Assembly (NCBI GenBank): GCA_040905365.1
Contig: JBBDRQ010000004.1
Span: 1-62,507, forward strand
Length of the DNA stretch: 62,507 bases
Direction of reading: 5' to 3'
Source of the DNA: Actinomycetota bacterium
Lineage (GTDB): Bacteria; Actinomycetota; CADDZG01; JAHWKV01
Below are positions 1 to 10,435 of this stretch, one piece after another (positions within the stretch are counted from its first letter, which is position 1; each line of letters starts with the position of its first letter). The position numbers were made by a program, and so were the translations under genes. The notes below the pieces were generated by a model. The model saw only the letters and a program-made list of their open reading frames with translations. It searched no databases and had not been told where the DNA came from.

Positions 1-9
1 AGGAAGCGC

Positions 10-54
10 CTCACGCGCCCCAAACCTCGCAAAAGTTAGTGGCCAGGGTACTAG
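10..54. repeat. Dispersed intergenic repeat (REP/MITE-like), copy 1
   Basis: 45 bp ctcacgcgccccaaacctcgcaaaagttagtggccagggtactag is identical to 23814-23858; diverged copies at about 10629-10668 (inverted) and 10744-10787. Confidence 0.85.
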
Positions 55-497
55 TCGACCGCGGCCTCCTGCAGGGCTGCACTGATCAGCTCGAAGTCCT
101 CGCTCGGTATCTCGTGCAGGTTTCCCTGGAAAGCCAGGCGCCAGTGCTCAGGCGGCCACTTGGACACGTAGGTCATCCGCCGGGCAATGCCTTCTACGTC
201 CACCCACTTGTCCCGATCCAACACCAGCTCGGGCTTGATCGGCACTCTCCAGGGGTAGTCCTCCCCCGCCTTTTTGCCCTCCCAGACGGGCTCGTGGTCC
301 TCGAAATACTCACCGGTTATGGTTGCGTGCCCGGCAAAGACCATCTCCTTGGTGATGTACCAGACCAGCCGGTCCCCCGCTCGCATCCGCTCGGCCTTGC
401 GGCGCTGGCGGGTCTTGAAACCCTGCATCTCGAAATTCAGTGCCTTGGTCTTCTCAAAGTTCTCTTCTCCGCTTACCGCGATCCAGTTGCTTGGCAT
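51..497 (-). CDS. EVE domain-containing protein (PUA-like)
   Basis: N-terminal W, RMRAGDRLVWY, YPWRV pattern typical of the EVE/DUF55 family. Confidence 0.75.
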   Translation of the reverse strand: MPSNWIAVSGEENFEKTKALNFEMQGFKTRQRRKAERMRAGDRLVWYITKEMVFAGHATITGEYFEDHEPVWEGKKAGEDYPWRVPIKPELVLDRDKWVDVEGIARRMTYVSKWPPEHWRLAFQGNLHEIPSEDFELISAALQEAAVD

Positions 498-592
498 CGG
501 TCTCCTTTTTCAGCCGGTTGGTACACCGAACACTTTATTGCGCCCATCCGCACATCGCATCCACAAGCTCTAGCGGCGGTACGCTGTAACCA

Positions 593-1039
593 ATGGAGCC
601 CAAGCCCCTGCACCCAGGCATACGCAAGGCTTGGCTCACCCTAGCCCTGCCTCCTGCCGCGTTTGCCGGTTTGGCCGCGATCCAGTTGACCCGCCCGCTG
701 GACATGCCCATCGGCTTTGGCGTCGTCGTCGCCGTTGCACTGCTGGCGCTGGCCGTAGGAGTCCCCAACCGTCTGTATAAACGCTGGCGCTACGCTATCC
801 GCGACCGGGACGTCTACACCTCCAGGGGCGCCATTTGGCATCTGGAGACGCTTATCCCCTTTGACCGCATCCAGTTCGTCGAATCACGGCAAGGTCCGCT
901 GGATCGAATGTACGGCCTTACGCAGGTACTCATCTACACCGCGGCGGGAAGAGCCGGGCGCATACCCGGGCTGGACTCAGCAACCGCGGAGTCGCTAAGA
1001 GAGGAGCTTTCCACGATTGCCGGAGCCCCAAGCGTCTGA
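593..1039 (+). CDS. bPH_2 (YdbS-like) membrane protein
   Basis: Two TM helices, then RWRY...IPFDRIQFVESRQGPLDRMYGL...IPGL. Confidence 0.85.
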   Translation: MEPKPLHPGIRKAWLTLALPPAAFAGLAAIQLTRPLDMPIGFGVVVAVALLALAVGVPNRLYKRWRYAIRDRDVYTSRGAIWHLETLIPFDRIQFVESRQGPLDRMYGLTQVLIYTAAGRAGRIPGLDSATAESLREELSTIAGAPSV

Positions 1040-2486
1040 GCCGCCGCCGGACCAACCGACCGATACGCAGGTAACCGCACCCGAGACGCCCAAACAGTTG
1101 CACGCGGCCGCCGTACCCATCTGGTTAATGTACGACGCGGGCCGCTTTTTCTTTGCTCTCATACCGGCCATCTTGCTGGGAGGGATCCAACCCGCTTTGC
1201 TGGTCGCCGTCCCGTTCATCGTCGGTGCTTCGGTTGTGCGGTTCCGCCGGTTTCACTATCAGCTAACCAGCGGGACCCTGATGGTGGAAGGCGGGCTCAT
1301 CAACCGTTGGCGGAGGGTCATCCCGCGCGAGCGGGTACAAAGCGTCGACGTCGTCGAGAAACTGCGCCACCGTGCCTTTGGCGTCGTGGAGGTACGCGTG
1401 GAGGCGATAGGAGCGCAGGAGACCGAAGCCGCTCTGGTAGCCCTCAGCCGGGAAGAGGCTGAGCGAATTAAGGGCTGGGCCTCCGGCGGAGGCCCGGTTG
1501 CCGCCGGAGTCGAAGGGGACGCAGAACGGCACCACCCGGTGCTGGCCCGGCTGACCCCCACGGGCCTGGTGCTGGCCGGCATCACCGGCGGACGCGTGGC
1601 GGTGCTTGCGGTGCTGCTGGGTTACGCGCAGGAGTTTCTGGGCGAGCAGACGCTTCAGCAGGCTCGCTCCTTAGTGCAAGACCTGATGCCCAGCACTTCG
1701 CTGGTCGCCGGCGCCGCCATCTTGGTCGCCGCCCTGATCCTGACCTCGCTGGTGTTGTCGGTGATCGCAACCGTGCTAGTCCATTGGGACTTCACCCTGA
1801 TTCTTGAGGATGACCGCCTGGTCATCACGCGCGGGCTGCTGGAACGCCGGCGCGCCCAGATTCCGCTGCGCCGGATCCAAGCGGTGGAGATCCACGAGAA
1901 CCTCCTGCGCAAGGTATTGGGCCTGGCCTCCCTGACCGTGGTAGTGGCCGGCTACAATCAGGAGGGTCAGCACAACGATCGCACCAACGTACTGCTGCCG
2001 ATCGGGCGCCGCAAGACCACATGGTCGATAGCGGCACAGGTGCTACGGGCGCGATCGGAGATCGATACCATTGCGCTCGAGCCCAGGCCTCGCCGGGCCT
2101 TGAGCAAGAACCTCGTTCTGTTGACGCTGCCATTAGGAGTCGCCGGGACTATAGCGACCTTACTGGGCGGAGCGCCGGGGGCCTTCGTTTTCCTGCTGCT
2201 CCCGCTGGGTTGGGTTGCGCTTTACCTAGGGTTCAAGGTGGCCGGTCACGGCATCAACGACGAGTGCGTCATTGTCCGCGGCGGCGTGGTGGTAACGACC
2301 ACCAGCATCGTCCCCATGGCCAACCTGCAGCATTTGCAGATGAGTTGGTCGGCCCTACAGGAGCGCTACGGGCTGGCCACCATCCGCGTGCACATCCCCC
2401 GCTCGGCCCCCCGCGCCCGGGACATGGACAAAAAGCAGGCAGCTCAGTGGTTCAAACAACTCGGCGCCGCGTCGGCCGAGATTTAA
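1017..2486 (+). CDS. bPH_2 repeat (YdbT-like) membrane protein
   Basis: Three PH-like repeats (IPRERVQSV, IPLRRIQAV, VPMANLQHL) between TM segments; paired with ydbS-like gene; start approximate. Confidence 0.85.
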   Translation: MPEPQASEPPPDQPTDTQVTAPETPKQLHAAAVPIWLMYDAGRFFFALIPAILLGGIQPALLVAVPFIVGASVVRFRRFHYQLTSGTLMVEGGLINRWRRVIPRERVQSVDVVEKLRHRAFGVVEVRVEAIGAQETEAALVALSREEAERIKGWASGGGPVAAGVEGDAERHHPVLARLTPTGLVLAGITGGRVAVLAVLLGYAQEFLGEQTLQQARSLVQDLMPSTSLVAGAAILVAALILTSLVLSVIATVLVHWDFTLILEDDRLVITRGLLERRRAQIPLRRIQAVEIHENLLRKVLGLASLTVVVAGYNQEGQHNDRTNVLLPIGRRKTTWSIAAQVLRARSEIDTIALEPRPRRALSKNLVLLTLPLGVAGTIATLLGGAPGAFVFLLLPLGWVALYLGFKVAGHGINDECVIVRGGVVVTTTSIVPMANLQHLQMSWSALQERYGLATIRVHIPRSAPRARDMDKKQAAQWFKQLGAASAEI

Positions 2487-2504
2487 CGAGCCGGCTAACG
2501 CGGT

Positions 2505-3572
2505 CTAACCGCCCAGCAGCCCGCCCAGCAGGTCGCCGCCTTGGCCGGCAGGTTCGGCCGGCGCCTCGGCGGGCTGAGCGGCGGCCGCCTCCAGTACCTC
2601 CGGCTCCTCCGGCTCCCGCTCCGGTTGCGGATTCTCTCCCGACGGCCCCCCGTAAACATAAACCGTGCTGCCTATGGTGGCTATGTCGGCAAACCAGTCG
2701 GCAAACTGCATCGGCAGCCGGACGCAGCCGTGAGAAGCCGGCGAAGTAGGAATCGACTTGCTGCCATGGAATGCGATGCCGCCGTTGAAGTACGAGGGAC
2801 GGTACAGAGCGCCCAGCGGCGCATAGCGCCAGCCTTGGCGCTTGAAGTCGATCTTGTAGGTGCCGTTGGGAGTCACCGCCCGCCGCGTATACCCCTGAGA
2901 GGTAAACAGCTCGTTGTTACCTGTCGAAGTGGGCAGCGTCGCCAGCACCGATCCGTTTTGTACCACGAAAACCACCTGACGCGGGATATCCACCTCGAAG
3001 TGGGTGGGCGGACCTGAAAACCTCGGCTCCGGACGGGTTGCAGTGTTTAGACGTGAAAGCGTCGCAGCGTCGAGCTCGCCGGTCCTGTTGAGCCCTTCAA
3101 CCTTCTGGAACGCGGTAATACCGTGCTTGAGCGCACCATCCATGACGCCATCGACCTCACCTACCAGGTAGCTGAGCTCGACCAGACGGTTCTCGATACC
3201 GGCGATGTCGCCGGCGTGAAATGGCCCCGCCGCAGCGGCAACCGCCGGCTGGGGTGCGGGCACCGGCGGGGCTGCCACCGCCGGCTGTGCGGCCCGCGGA
3301 GCGGCCGGAGAGGGCTGTGGAAGCGCCGGCAGCTGTGCCCTTGCCGGCGGTGGCGCCGGAGCCGGTAGGCCGGGATCCGCGGCTTCCGGCTCGGGCGCCA
3401 CCGCCGGCTGCCCAACGCGCTTTTGCACCGCGTCGACCCCGGCCGTGTCCTCGGCAAGCTCAGTCGGATCAGCGCCAAAGGTCTTGGCCAGCGTCGGCAC
3501 CGCGACGGCAACCGGAAGGATCAGGGCCAGGGCGACTATAATCGTCGTTGCCTTCGTCCACACAAAGCCCAT
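2505..3572 (-). CDS. L,D-transpeptidase with peptidoglycan-binding domain
   Basis: Signal/TM, Pro-Ala linker, AFQKVEGLNRTG PG-binding motif, YkuD motif IAFHG...SHGCVRL. Confidence 0.9.
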   Translation of the reverse strand: MGFVWTKATTIIVALALILPVAVAVPTLAKTFGADPTELAEDTAGVDAVQKRVGQPAVAPEPEAADPGLPAPAPPPARAQLPALPQPSPAAPRAAQPAVAAPPVPAPQPAVAAAAGPFHAGDIAGIENRLVELSYLVGEVDGVMDGALKHGITAFQKVEGLNRTGELDAATLSRLNTATRPEPRFSGPPTHFEVDIPRQVVFVVQNGSVLATLPTSTGNNELFTSQGYTRRAVTPNGTYKIDFKRQGWRYAPLGALYRPSYFNGGIAFHGSKSIPTSPASHGCVRLPMQFADWFADIATIGSTVYVYGGPSGENPQPEREPEEPEVLEAAAAQPAEAPAEPAGQGGDLLGGLLGG

Positions 3573-3617
3573 CGAACCAACTCCTAACGCCGGGTCAGCT
3601 GAGCCCTCCTTGTAGGG

Positions 3618-5927
3618 CTAGCCGCCTGTACCAGAATATTCCTTTCTCAACTCTACCGCGGCTGCGACCATATTCGTGAGGCTGGGCTCGGTCTCCTCCC
3701 AGCCACGGGTCTTCAGTCCGCAGTCGGGGTTTACCCAGATCCAGCGCCGGTCAAGCTTCTTGCTCGCAATTCGCAGCTTTTCGGCCATCTCTTCCACGGA
3801 TGGAACCCGCGGCGAGTGGATGTCGTACACCCCCGGACCCACCGACCGCTTGTAGCCCTGCTTGGCAAAATCCTCCAACAACTCCATGTTGGAACGCGAT
3901 GCCTCGATCAACGCCACATCGACGTCGAGAGCGTCGATCGCCTCGATGATGTCGCCGAACTCCGAATAGCACATATGCATCTGGATGTTGGTCTCGTCGG
4001 CTACTCCGGCGGTCGTCAGCCGGAAACAGCGCACAGCCCAGTCCAGGTAGTCGTCGCGGCGCTCGGAACGCAGCGGCAAACCCTCGCGGAACGCCGCCTC
4101 GTCTACCTGGATCACGTGAAAACCGGCCGCCTCAAGGTCCTTGACCTCATCCCGCAGGGCAAGCGCCAGTTGCAGGCAGGTATCCGACTCGGGTTGATCG
4201 TCGCGAACGAACGACCACATGAGCATAGTGACCGGACCCGTGAGCATGCCCTTGACGGGACGATCGGTCAGGGACTGGGCGTAGGTCAACCACTCCACCG
4301 TCATCGGGTACGGGCGGTGGATATCGCCGTAAATTATGGGCGGCCTGACGTATCGAGAGCCGTAGGACTGCACCCACCCATTGGTGGTGAACAAATAACC
4401 GTCCATCTGCTCGGCGAAGTACTGGACCATGTCGTTTCGCTCGGGCTCGCCGTGTACCAGCACGTCCAGGCCCACCTTTTCCTGGAACCTCACGACCCGC
4501 TCGACCTCTTCCTTCATGGCCTCCACGTACTGCTCTTTGGTGATGTCCTTCTTGCGCAGCGCGGCCCGCGCGCGGCGGATGCCGTCCGTCTGCGGATACG
4601 ACCCGATCGTGGTTGTGGGGAAGAGCGGGAGATTTAGCTGTGAACTCTGAACCGTTTGGCGCTCCGCATACTCAGATGTTCGCGAGTAGTCGGACTCGCT
4701 CAGTGACTTCATACGGTCACGCACGCTCGGGTTGACGCTGCGCGACGACGTCCGCCGGGACTGCAAAGCCTTGGCGTTGCTCTCTATCTCCGCGGTTACG
4801 GCTCCCACGCCCTGGCTCATACCGCCGGCCAGTATGACCACCTCGTCCACCTTCTGGACGGCGAATGCCAGCCAGGCCCCGACCTCCGGATCCAGCTGTG
4901 GGTCCAGCGTGAGATCTACAGGCACGTGCTGCAGCGAACAGGATGTGCTCACCACCACCTCGGACGCGAGGTCGGTCAACCGCCGCAGCAGCCTCAGGGA
5001 CTTGGCCAGGTCATTGATCCAAACGTTGTGCCCGTCGACGACTCCGGCGAACAGCGTTTTGCCTTCCAGTTTCCCGTGGCCGTCCAGCAAATCCATGTTC
5101 TTCTCACCGGCGACAAAATCGAGCCCCAGGCCTTCGATGGGGAGCCCGGCAAGGGGCGGGAGCGCTTCGCCCACGTGTTCGAAGTAGGTCTTGACCACCA
5201 TCTTGGGGCGTCCGGCTACCTCGGCCAGTCGTTCGTAGGCCCCGGCCAGCTCCTTCAGCTCCGCCGGGCTGCGGTCCTGCGCCAAGATGGGCTCTTCCAA
5301 CTGCACCCACTCAGCACCCAGCTCACCCAGCTTCGCGATGACCTGCTCGTAGACGGGTACCAGCGCGTCGAGCAGATCCAGGGGTTGAAAATCCTCCGCC
5401 ACACCCGGCGCCGGTTTACCTAACAGCAGGAAGGTCAGCGGACCCACCAGGGTGGGTACCGTCTGGATGCCCTGCTGCTTGGCTTCAAGATACTGGTCAA
5501 ACGGCTTGTCGCTGCTGAGCGCGAACTTGGTGTCGGGACCCAGCTCCGGCACGATGTAGTGGTAGTTGGTGTTGAACCACTTGGTCATCTCCATCGCGAT
5601 TACATCCTGGTCCGTCGTCTGCCGGCCGCGGGCCATCGCGAAGTAGGTGTCGAGATCCACCTTGCCGCCGGCGTGGCCGTAGCGGTCGGGAACGGCTCCC
5701 ACCAGGGCGATGGTGTCCAGAACCTGGTCGTAAAAAGAGAAATCTCCGGAAGGAATTAGATCCACGCCCTTGTCGCGCATCATCGCCCAGTTCTGGCGCC
5801 GGATATCGGCGCCCACCTTGTTGAGCTCCTCGGCCGAGGTCTTGCCTGCCCAATAAGCCTCGGTGGCAAATTTCAGTTCTCGATGCGGCCCTATCCGCGG
5901 GAATCCTGAGACGTTAGATTGTGCCAT
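3618..5927 (-). CDS. metE: Cobalamin-independent methionine synthase
   Basis: GFPRIG..RELK, MTKWFNTNYHY, HGEPERNDMV, HMCYSEF, WVNPDCGLKTR. Confidence 0.98.
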   Translation of the reverse strand: MAQSNVSGFPRIGPHRELKFATEAYWAGKTSAEELNKVGADIRRQNWAMMRDKGVDLIPSGDFSFYDQVLDTIALVGAVPDRYGHAGGKVDLDTYFAMARGRQTTDQDVIAMEMTKWFNTNYHYIVPELGPDTKFALSSDKPFDQYLEAKQQGIQTVPTLVGPLTFLLLGKPAPGVAEDFQPLDLLDALVPVYEQVIAKLGELGAEWVQLEEPILAQDRSPAELKELAGAYERLAEVAGRPKMVVKTYFEHVGEALPPLAGLPIEGLGLDFVAGEKNMDLLDGHGKLEGKTLFAGVVDGHNVWINDLAKSLRLLRRLTDLASEVVVSTSCSLQHVPVDLTLDPQLDPEVGAWLAFAVQKVDEVVILAGGMSQGVGAVTAEIESNAKALQSRRTSSRSVNPSVRDRMKSLSESDYSRTSEYAERQTVQSSQLNLPLFPTTTIGSYPQTDGIRRARAALRKKDITKEQYVEAMKEEVERVVRFQEKVGLDVLVHGEPERNDMVQYFAEQMDGYLFTTNGWVQSYGSRYVRPPIIYGDIHRPYPMTVEWLTYAQSLTDRPVKGMLTGPVTMLMWSFVRDDQPESDTCLQLALALRDEVKDLEAAGFHVIQVDEAAFREGLPLRSERRDDYLDWAVRCFRLTTAGVADETNIQMHMCYSEFGDIIEAIDALDVDVALIEASRSNMELLEDFAKQGYKRSVGPGVYDIHSPRVPSVEEMAEKLRIASKKLDRRWIWVNPDCGLKTRGWEETEPSLTNMVAAAVELRKEYSGTGG

Positions 5928-6097
5928 CTGCGGCGGTCATCCTCCTCTTGGCCTTTTGGCCGGTTCTCGGCGCCGGTCGAGCGTCTAGCTCCCGGCGCGA
6001 TTGTCGTACTGAACAAAACGTGGGGGCCCGGGCGAAATACCCTTGCCGCCCGGCGGGGACGGCACGCTACCGCCCACTACGCTTCTTAGACTACCGC

Positions 6098-7114
6098 CTA
6101 CAGCCTGACGGACAAGCTCAACCCGAATCGGCCGGCCCGATCGGTCCACCATTGCGCCGGTTTCAACCCGGCGGAGCTCAGCTCCCGCTCGATCCCCGTC
6201 CGGCGAAATTTGGTGCTGATTTCGGTATGGAGCAGCTCCGAGGAGCCAAAAGTTACACGAAGATCGATGGCTCTCAGGCTGACTTGCTGCTCGGTGGTGG
6301 AGCGCAACCACATGCGCATCTGCTCGGAGGTGGGATCGAACGAGGCAACGTGCTCGAACCGGTCCAGATTGAAGTCGCCGTCCAGCCGGTGGTTGAGCAC
6401 CCTCAAGACGTTGAGATTGAACTCGGCTGAGATTCCCGCCGAGTCGTTATACGCCGCCTCGATGTCGCCGGCCGCCTTGACCAGATCCACTCCCAGCAAG
6501 AACGAGTCACCGGGCTCCAAGTTGTCTGACAAATCCGCCAGCAGCCGGGCGCGGCCGGCGGGGTCGAGGTTTCCTATGGTACTACCCAAAAGGATGACCA
6601 GTTTTCGTCCGGGCATGGCGATCGCGTCCAGGTGACGCTCGAAGTCGCCGACGAGGCCGGCCACCTCAACCTCCGGATACCTCACCGCCAGCTCCCGGGC
6701 CGCGACCTTCAAAGTCGCTTCGTCGACGTCGAACGGGACGATACGGCGCAGGAAGCCGGTCCTGCGCGCGGCGTCGAGCAGCAAGCGGGTCTTCTCCGAG
6801 GTGCCCGAACCGAGTTCGATCAGGGTACCGGCCCCCGTCAACCCGGCTATTGCACCGGCCCGGTCGACCAAAATCTGCTTCTCGGCCCGCGTAAGGTAAT
6901 ACTCCGGCAGACGGGTAATCCGATCGAACAACCCCGAACCACGCTCGTCGTAGAACCACTTGGAGGGAATGCTCTTGTTCTCGGCGGTGAGCCCGGCCAG
7001 AGCATCCTCACGCAGCTGGCGCATCAAGTCGTCGGGGCCCAGGTAGCTTGAGATCTCCGGGTCCGATGCGAAGGCCAAGCCGCGGGTTGATGCATCCGTG
7101 GGTTCCGAACTCAT
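6098..7114 (-). CDS. egtD: L-histidine N-alpha-trimethyltransferase
   Basis: KWFYDERGSGLFDRITRLPEYY, ELGSGTSEKT, AAYND..G, HTEISTKF; within egt operon. Confidence 0.95.
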   Translation of the reverse strand: MSSEPTDASTRGLAFASDPEISSYLGPDDLMRQLREDALAGLTAENKSIPSKWFYDERGSGLFDRITRLPEYYLTRAEKQILVDRAGAIAGLTGAGTLIELGSGTSEKTRLLLDAARRTGFLRRIVPFDVDEATLKVAARELAVRYPEVEVAGLVGDFERHLDAIAMPGRKLVILLGSTIGNLDPAGRARLLADLSDNLEPGDSFLLGVDLVKAAGDIEAAYNDSAGISAEFNLNVLRVLNHRLDGDFNLDRFEHVASFDPTSEQMRMWLRSTTEQQVSLRAIDLRVTFGSSELLHTEISTKFRRTGIERELSSAGLKPAQWWTDRAGRFGLSLSVRL

Positions 7115-7878
7115 TCGTCCTCCTCCTTTATAGGGGTGATGTCAACTCGGCCATGGGCTGCGCGCACCAGCGACGCGTCGGGGACGCGGCGCCAAGCCGG
7201 GTCGTCGTCGTAGGGCTCCGATGCGACCGCGACACCACCCGGAACGCGACTCGAGCCCTCCAAGACAAACAGCGACTCCCCCGCCGCAGTGGCGGTGACG
7301 GCGCTGCCGTCGTGAAGGATGAAGTTAAACGTCCCGCCGGAGACTGTCCGGCACCGGCGAATTACCGACAGCAGCGCCCCGGCCGGATCGTCCGTAGTGT
7401 CCAAGAGGTCCATAACCAGCGCAAACAAGATTTCGGAGTCACTTGTTCCCCGAATCCGTGCGCGACGCGCTTTGGACACCATCTCGTGGACCGCTGTGCC
7501 TGCATGGTCGTAAAAACCGTCCAGCTTGCCGTTGTGTGCGTACAGCCACCGACCCTCGGCGAAAGGAAGCGCACTTGTCTCCTCCGCCGCACTACCGGGC
7601 GTGGCGTCACGCACCGAGGCAACCACCGCACCGGACCGGATCAACGGAGCCAAGCTGGAAAAGCTGGTGTCGCTCCAGATCGGCTTGTCCCGGCGGTACA
7701 GGGCCGGCTCCGGCCGGATGCCTTTGTCGAACCAGCCACATCCGAACCCATCGGCGTTTACCACTCCGTGGTTCTGGTACCGGGGACGGTAGGACTGGTG
7801 CAGCAGCGAGTGCGCCGGTGAGAGCAACAACGACTCCAGGCTCATAGGCGGCCCAATATAGGCCAGCTGCCGGCACAT
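7111..7878 (-). CDS. egtC: Ergothioneine biosynthesis amidohydrolase (Ntn)
   Basis: MCR N-terminal nucleophile, NADGFG, VRDATPG, HNG, VASEPYDDDP. Confidence 0.93.
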   Translation of the reverse strand: MCRQLAYIGPPMSLESLLLSPAHSLLHQSYRPRYQNHGVVNADGFGCGWFDKGIRPEPALYRRDKPIWSDTSFSSLAPLIRSGAVVASVRDATPGSAAEETSALPFAEGRWLYAHNGKLDGFYDHAGTAVHEMVSKARRARIRGTSDSEILFALVMDLLDTTDDPAGALLSVIRRCRTVSGGTFNFILHDGSAVTATAAGESLFVLEGSSRVPGGVAVASEPYDDDPAWRRVPDASLVRAAHGRVDITPIKEEDE

Positions 7879-7907
7879 GTCCTAGGAGACCCCCACCAAA
7901 ATTTTCA

Positions 7908-9197
7908 CTACGCCGTGCGGGCGCAGCGGAAGCCGCTGAAGATCTGCCGCCGGACCGGGTGATCCCAATTTCGAAACGTTGCGCGGATGGCCGACGGGTG
8001 GGTTGCCCAGGAGCCTCCCCGCAGGACCTTGTAGTCCTTGCCGTAGAACACGTCCGAGTACTCCCGGTACGGAAACCACACGGTGCCGGGGTAGGGATCG
8101 AAACCGGAGGAGGTCCACTCCCAGATGTCGCCCACCATTTGGTGGCATCCGTACGGACTGACGCCGCCGGGGTACGCGCCGATCTCGGCGGGTCGGAAGT
8201 GCCGCTGCTCCAGGTTCGCCAAACCGGGATGAGGATCCTCGTCGCCCCACGGGTACCTCCTCTTGAGTCCCCCCTTCGAGTCCCACGACGCGGCCTTCTC
8301 CCACTCCGCCTCGGTAGGCAGCCTCTTGCCGGCCCAAGCCGCGTAAGCCTGCGCCTCAAACCAGCACACGTGCTGCACCGGTTCGTTCGCCGGCACAGCT
8401 TCACGTCGACCGAACCGCGTCCGAAGCCACGCGCCGCCGGCGTCGCGGCTCCAAAACTGCGGATGCTCCACCGACTGCTCTTTGCGCCAGGTCCAACCCC
8501 GCTCGCTCCACCAACGGTCGTCGTGGTATCCGCCCGCCTCGATAAACTCTGCGTACTGCGCGTTTGAGACCGGCGCGGTGTCGATCCAGTAGCCGGGCAG
8601 ATCCACGAGGTGCGCGGGGCGCTCGTTGTCGAAAGCCCAGGGTTCGGTATCGGTCCCCATGATGAACTCGCCGGCCGGAACGAGTGCTTCTGGCGCCGGT
8701 ACAGAGCCTCCGGGAGGCGGCGGAGGTCCCGGGCAAGGATACCGACCGTCCCGCAGCTGCAGTGTGGCCAGCATGGTCTCGTCATGTTGCTGCTCGTGCT
8801 GGACCACCATTCCGTACACGTATCCGTCCCTCAAAAGAGGGTTGGCAGGGTCGAACTCAATCTCCTCCAGGATGTCGAGGACGCGACCCCGCACCTCGCC
8901 GATGTAGTTGCGGGACTCCTGTGGGTCCAGCAGCCTCAGCCTCGTGCGGTCCCTGCGGACATGGCGAAACGCATCGTAGACGTCGTCGAGTTGTGGGGCT
9001 TTGGCCGGCAGTCCTGCAACGGTACGCAGCAGCCAGATTTCCTCGTAGTTGCCCACGTGCGCCAGGTCCCACGCTAAGGGCGACATCAGCGGCGAGTGCT
9101 GGGTCATAAGATCGTCCTCCGGAACCGGATCCAACAGATCCAGCGAGCGCCGGCGGGCTCCCTCCAGTTGTCGGGCAGCGTGCTCCTTTAGGTCCAC
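7908..9197 (-). CDS. egtB: Hercynine sulfoxide synthase
   Basis: QHSPLMSPLAWDLAH, HEQQHDETM, FGE-sulfatase domain RLPTEAEWEKAA; GTG start at 9197 overlapping the egtA end is inferred. Confidence 0.95.
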   Translation of the reverse strand: MDLKEHAARQLEGARRRSLDLLDPVPEDDLMTQHSPLMSPLAWDLAHVGNYEEIWLLRTVAGLPAKAPQLDDVYDAFRHVRRDRTRLRLLDPQESRNYIGEVRGRVLDILEEIEFDPANPLLRDGYVYGMVVQHEQQHDETMLATLQLRDGRYPCPGPPPPPGGSVPAPEALVPAGEFIMGTDTEPWAFDNERPAHLVDLPGYWIDTAPVSNAQYAEFIEAGGYHDDRWWSERGWTWRKEQSVEHPQFWSRDAGGAWLRTRFGRREAVPANEPVQHVCWFEAQAYAAWAGKRLPTEAEWEKAASWDSKGGLKRRYPWGDEDPHPGLANLEQRHFRPAEIGAYPGGVSPYGCHQMVGDIWEWTSSGFDPYPGTVWFPYREYSDVFYGKDYKVLRGGSWATHPSAIRATFRNWDHPVRRQIFSGFRCARTA

Positions 9198-10435
9198 GTC
9201 TCCTCCAGGGTCTCGTCCGCAATCAGCACGGGCCGTCCTTGGCTCCACGCATCCAATTGGTCATCGGCCGGAGATCGCTGCGCCACCACGTAGCGTTCGT
9301 TGTAGGCGGCCATAATCCGCGCCGTCTCGTCATCGACGTCCAGGCGGTCGAGGGCCTCCAGAGCCGCCGCAAAACACACCCGAGCCGATTCGGCCAAGAG
9401 GGAGTGGCTCATGCCATGACGGGCAGCGACGGCCCACAGGTCCGCGGTGGGTTCGATCGCCTCCTGCACGCTTCGAGCAGCCTTTTCGTCGTAGACGATC
9501 GCCGAGGCCAAAGCGACCGGTACCCGCCACCAGGGATCGGGCAAAGCATCGATCATCCTCAGCTCGAGCCAGCCCTTGGGCCGGATCGGAGGGAACAGGG
9601 TCGTAAGATGCGCCTCGAGGTCGCTGAGTTCGGGAAACCCCAGCGCATGACCGTCGGCCAGCCACTCGCCAAAACTCATCGGCCGCCGCATCGGTTGGAG
9701 TTCCCCGTTGACGTTGATAAACATCACTCTGGCCTCCAGCGCATACCGCGCCCACACCTGAACCGGATCGCCCACGGGGGACGTGGGCAGGGTTCGGGAA
9801 GGGTCTATCGCCTGCCATATTCCCAGCCGGGTGGACCGCAGACCCGTAGGTCTGCCCCCGGCGATGGCCGAGTTGGCGAACACGGCGCTCAGCGTGGGTC
9901 CCAAGGCGTGGACGAGCCGCCAGCGCTCCGCCCCATCCTCGATGCCGGCTACGTCCAGATTCACGTGGACGGCCGAGGAAGCCCGCATCATCGAACGACC
10001 TGCCGGCCACTCGGAATCGAAATAGGACTCCATGCATCGGTAGCGGGGATGCTGCAGGAGCCGGCGACCGGGTCGATAGGGATCCAGACCGACGCCGTGG
10101 AGCTTGATGCCATGAGCCGACAGCTTTTGTTTAATGAACCGCAGATCGGCAGAGACGGATCTGCAGGTAACGGCTACGGATTGACCCGGAACCGAGCTCA
10201 ACTCAATCTGGCCGCCGGGTTCAAAAGTAACCCCGCTGCCTTGAGGTAACGGCACCGACGGATCGAGCAGGCCTTCCAGCAGCTCCAAGGGCACGTACGT
10301 GTCCGGGTCTTGCTCAAAGATCGGTAGCCACTCGACCTCGACCCCAACCCGGCCCTCTACCGAGGAGGTGAATATAGAAGTGCGAATGTGCTCGTGCACA
10401 TCCGCGACGGACAGGGCTTGTTTTGGGCTGACCAC
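9188..10435 (-). CDS. egtA: Glutamate-cysteine ligase (ergothioneine-associated)
   Basis: VGVEVEW, FEPGGQIELS, HLTTLFPPIRPKGWLELRMID. Confidence 0.92.
   Translation of the reverse strand: MVSPKQALSVADVHEHIRTSIFTSSVEGRVGVEVEWLPIFEQDPDTYVPLELLEGLLDPSVPLPQGSGVTFEPGGQIELSSVPGQSVAVTCRSVSADLRFIKQKLSAHGIKLHGVGLDPYRPGRRLLQHPRYRCMESYFDSEWPAGRSMMRASSAVHVNLDVAGIEDGAERWRLVHALGPTLSAVFANSAIAGGRPTGLRSTRLGIWQAIDPSRTLPTSPVGDPVQVWARYALEARVMFINVNGELQPMRRPMSFGEWLADGHALGFPELSDLEAHLTTLFPPIRPKGWLELRMIDALPDPWWRVPVALASAIVYDEKAARSVQEAIEPTADLWAVAARHGMSHSLLAESARVCFAAALEALDRLDVDDETARIMAAYNERYVVAQRSPADDQLDAWSQGRPVLIADETLEETWT

Noticed and set aside
3580-3617. c-di-AMP (ydaO) riboswitch before the L,D-transpeptidase
   Set aside because: Only a short cagctgacccgg resemblance; the intergenic space is too small
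5928-6097. SAM, SAH or cobalamin riboswitch before metE
   Set aside because: GC-rich stems are present but I could not match any consensus by eye; needs an Rfam scan
7908-9197. Selenoneine synthase SenA
   Set aside because: Context is egtA/C/D; no senB glycosyltransferase or selD/senC adjacent
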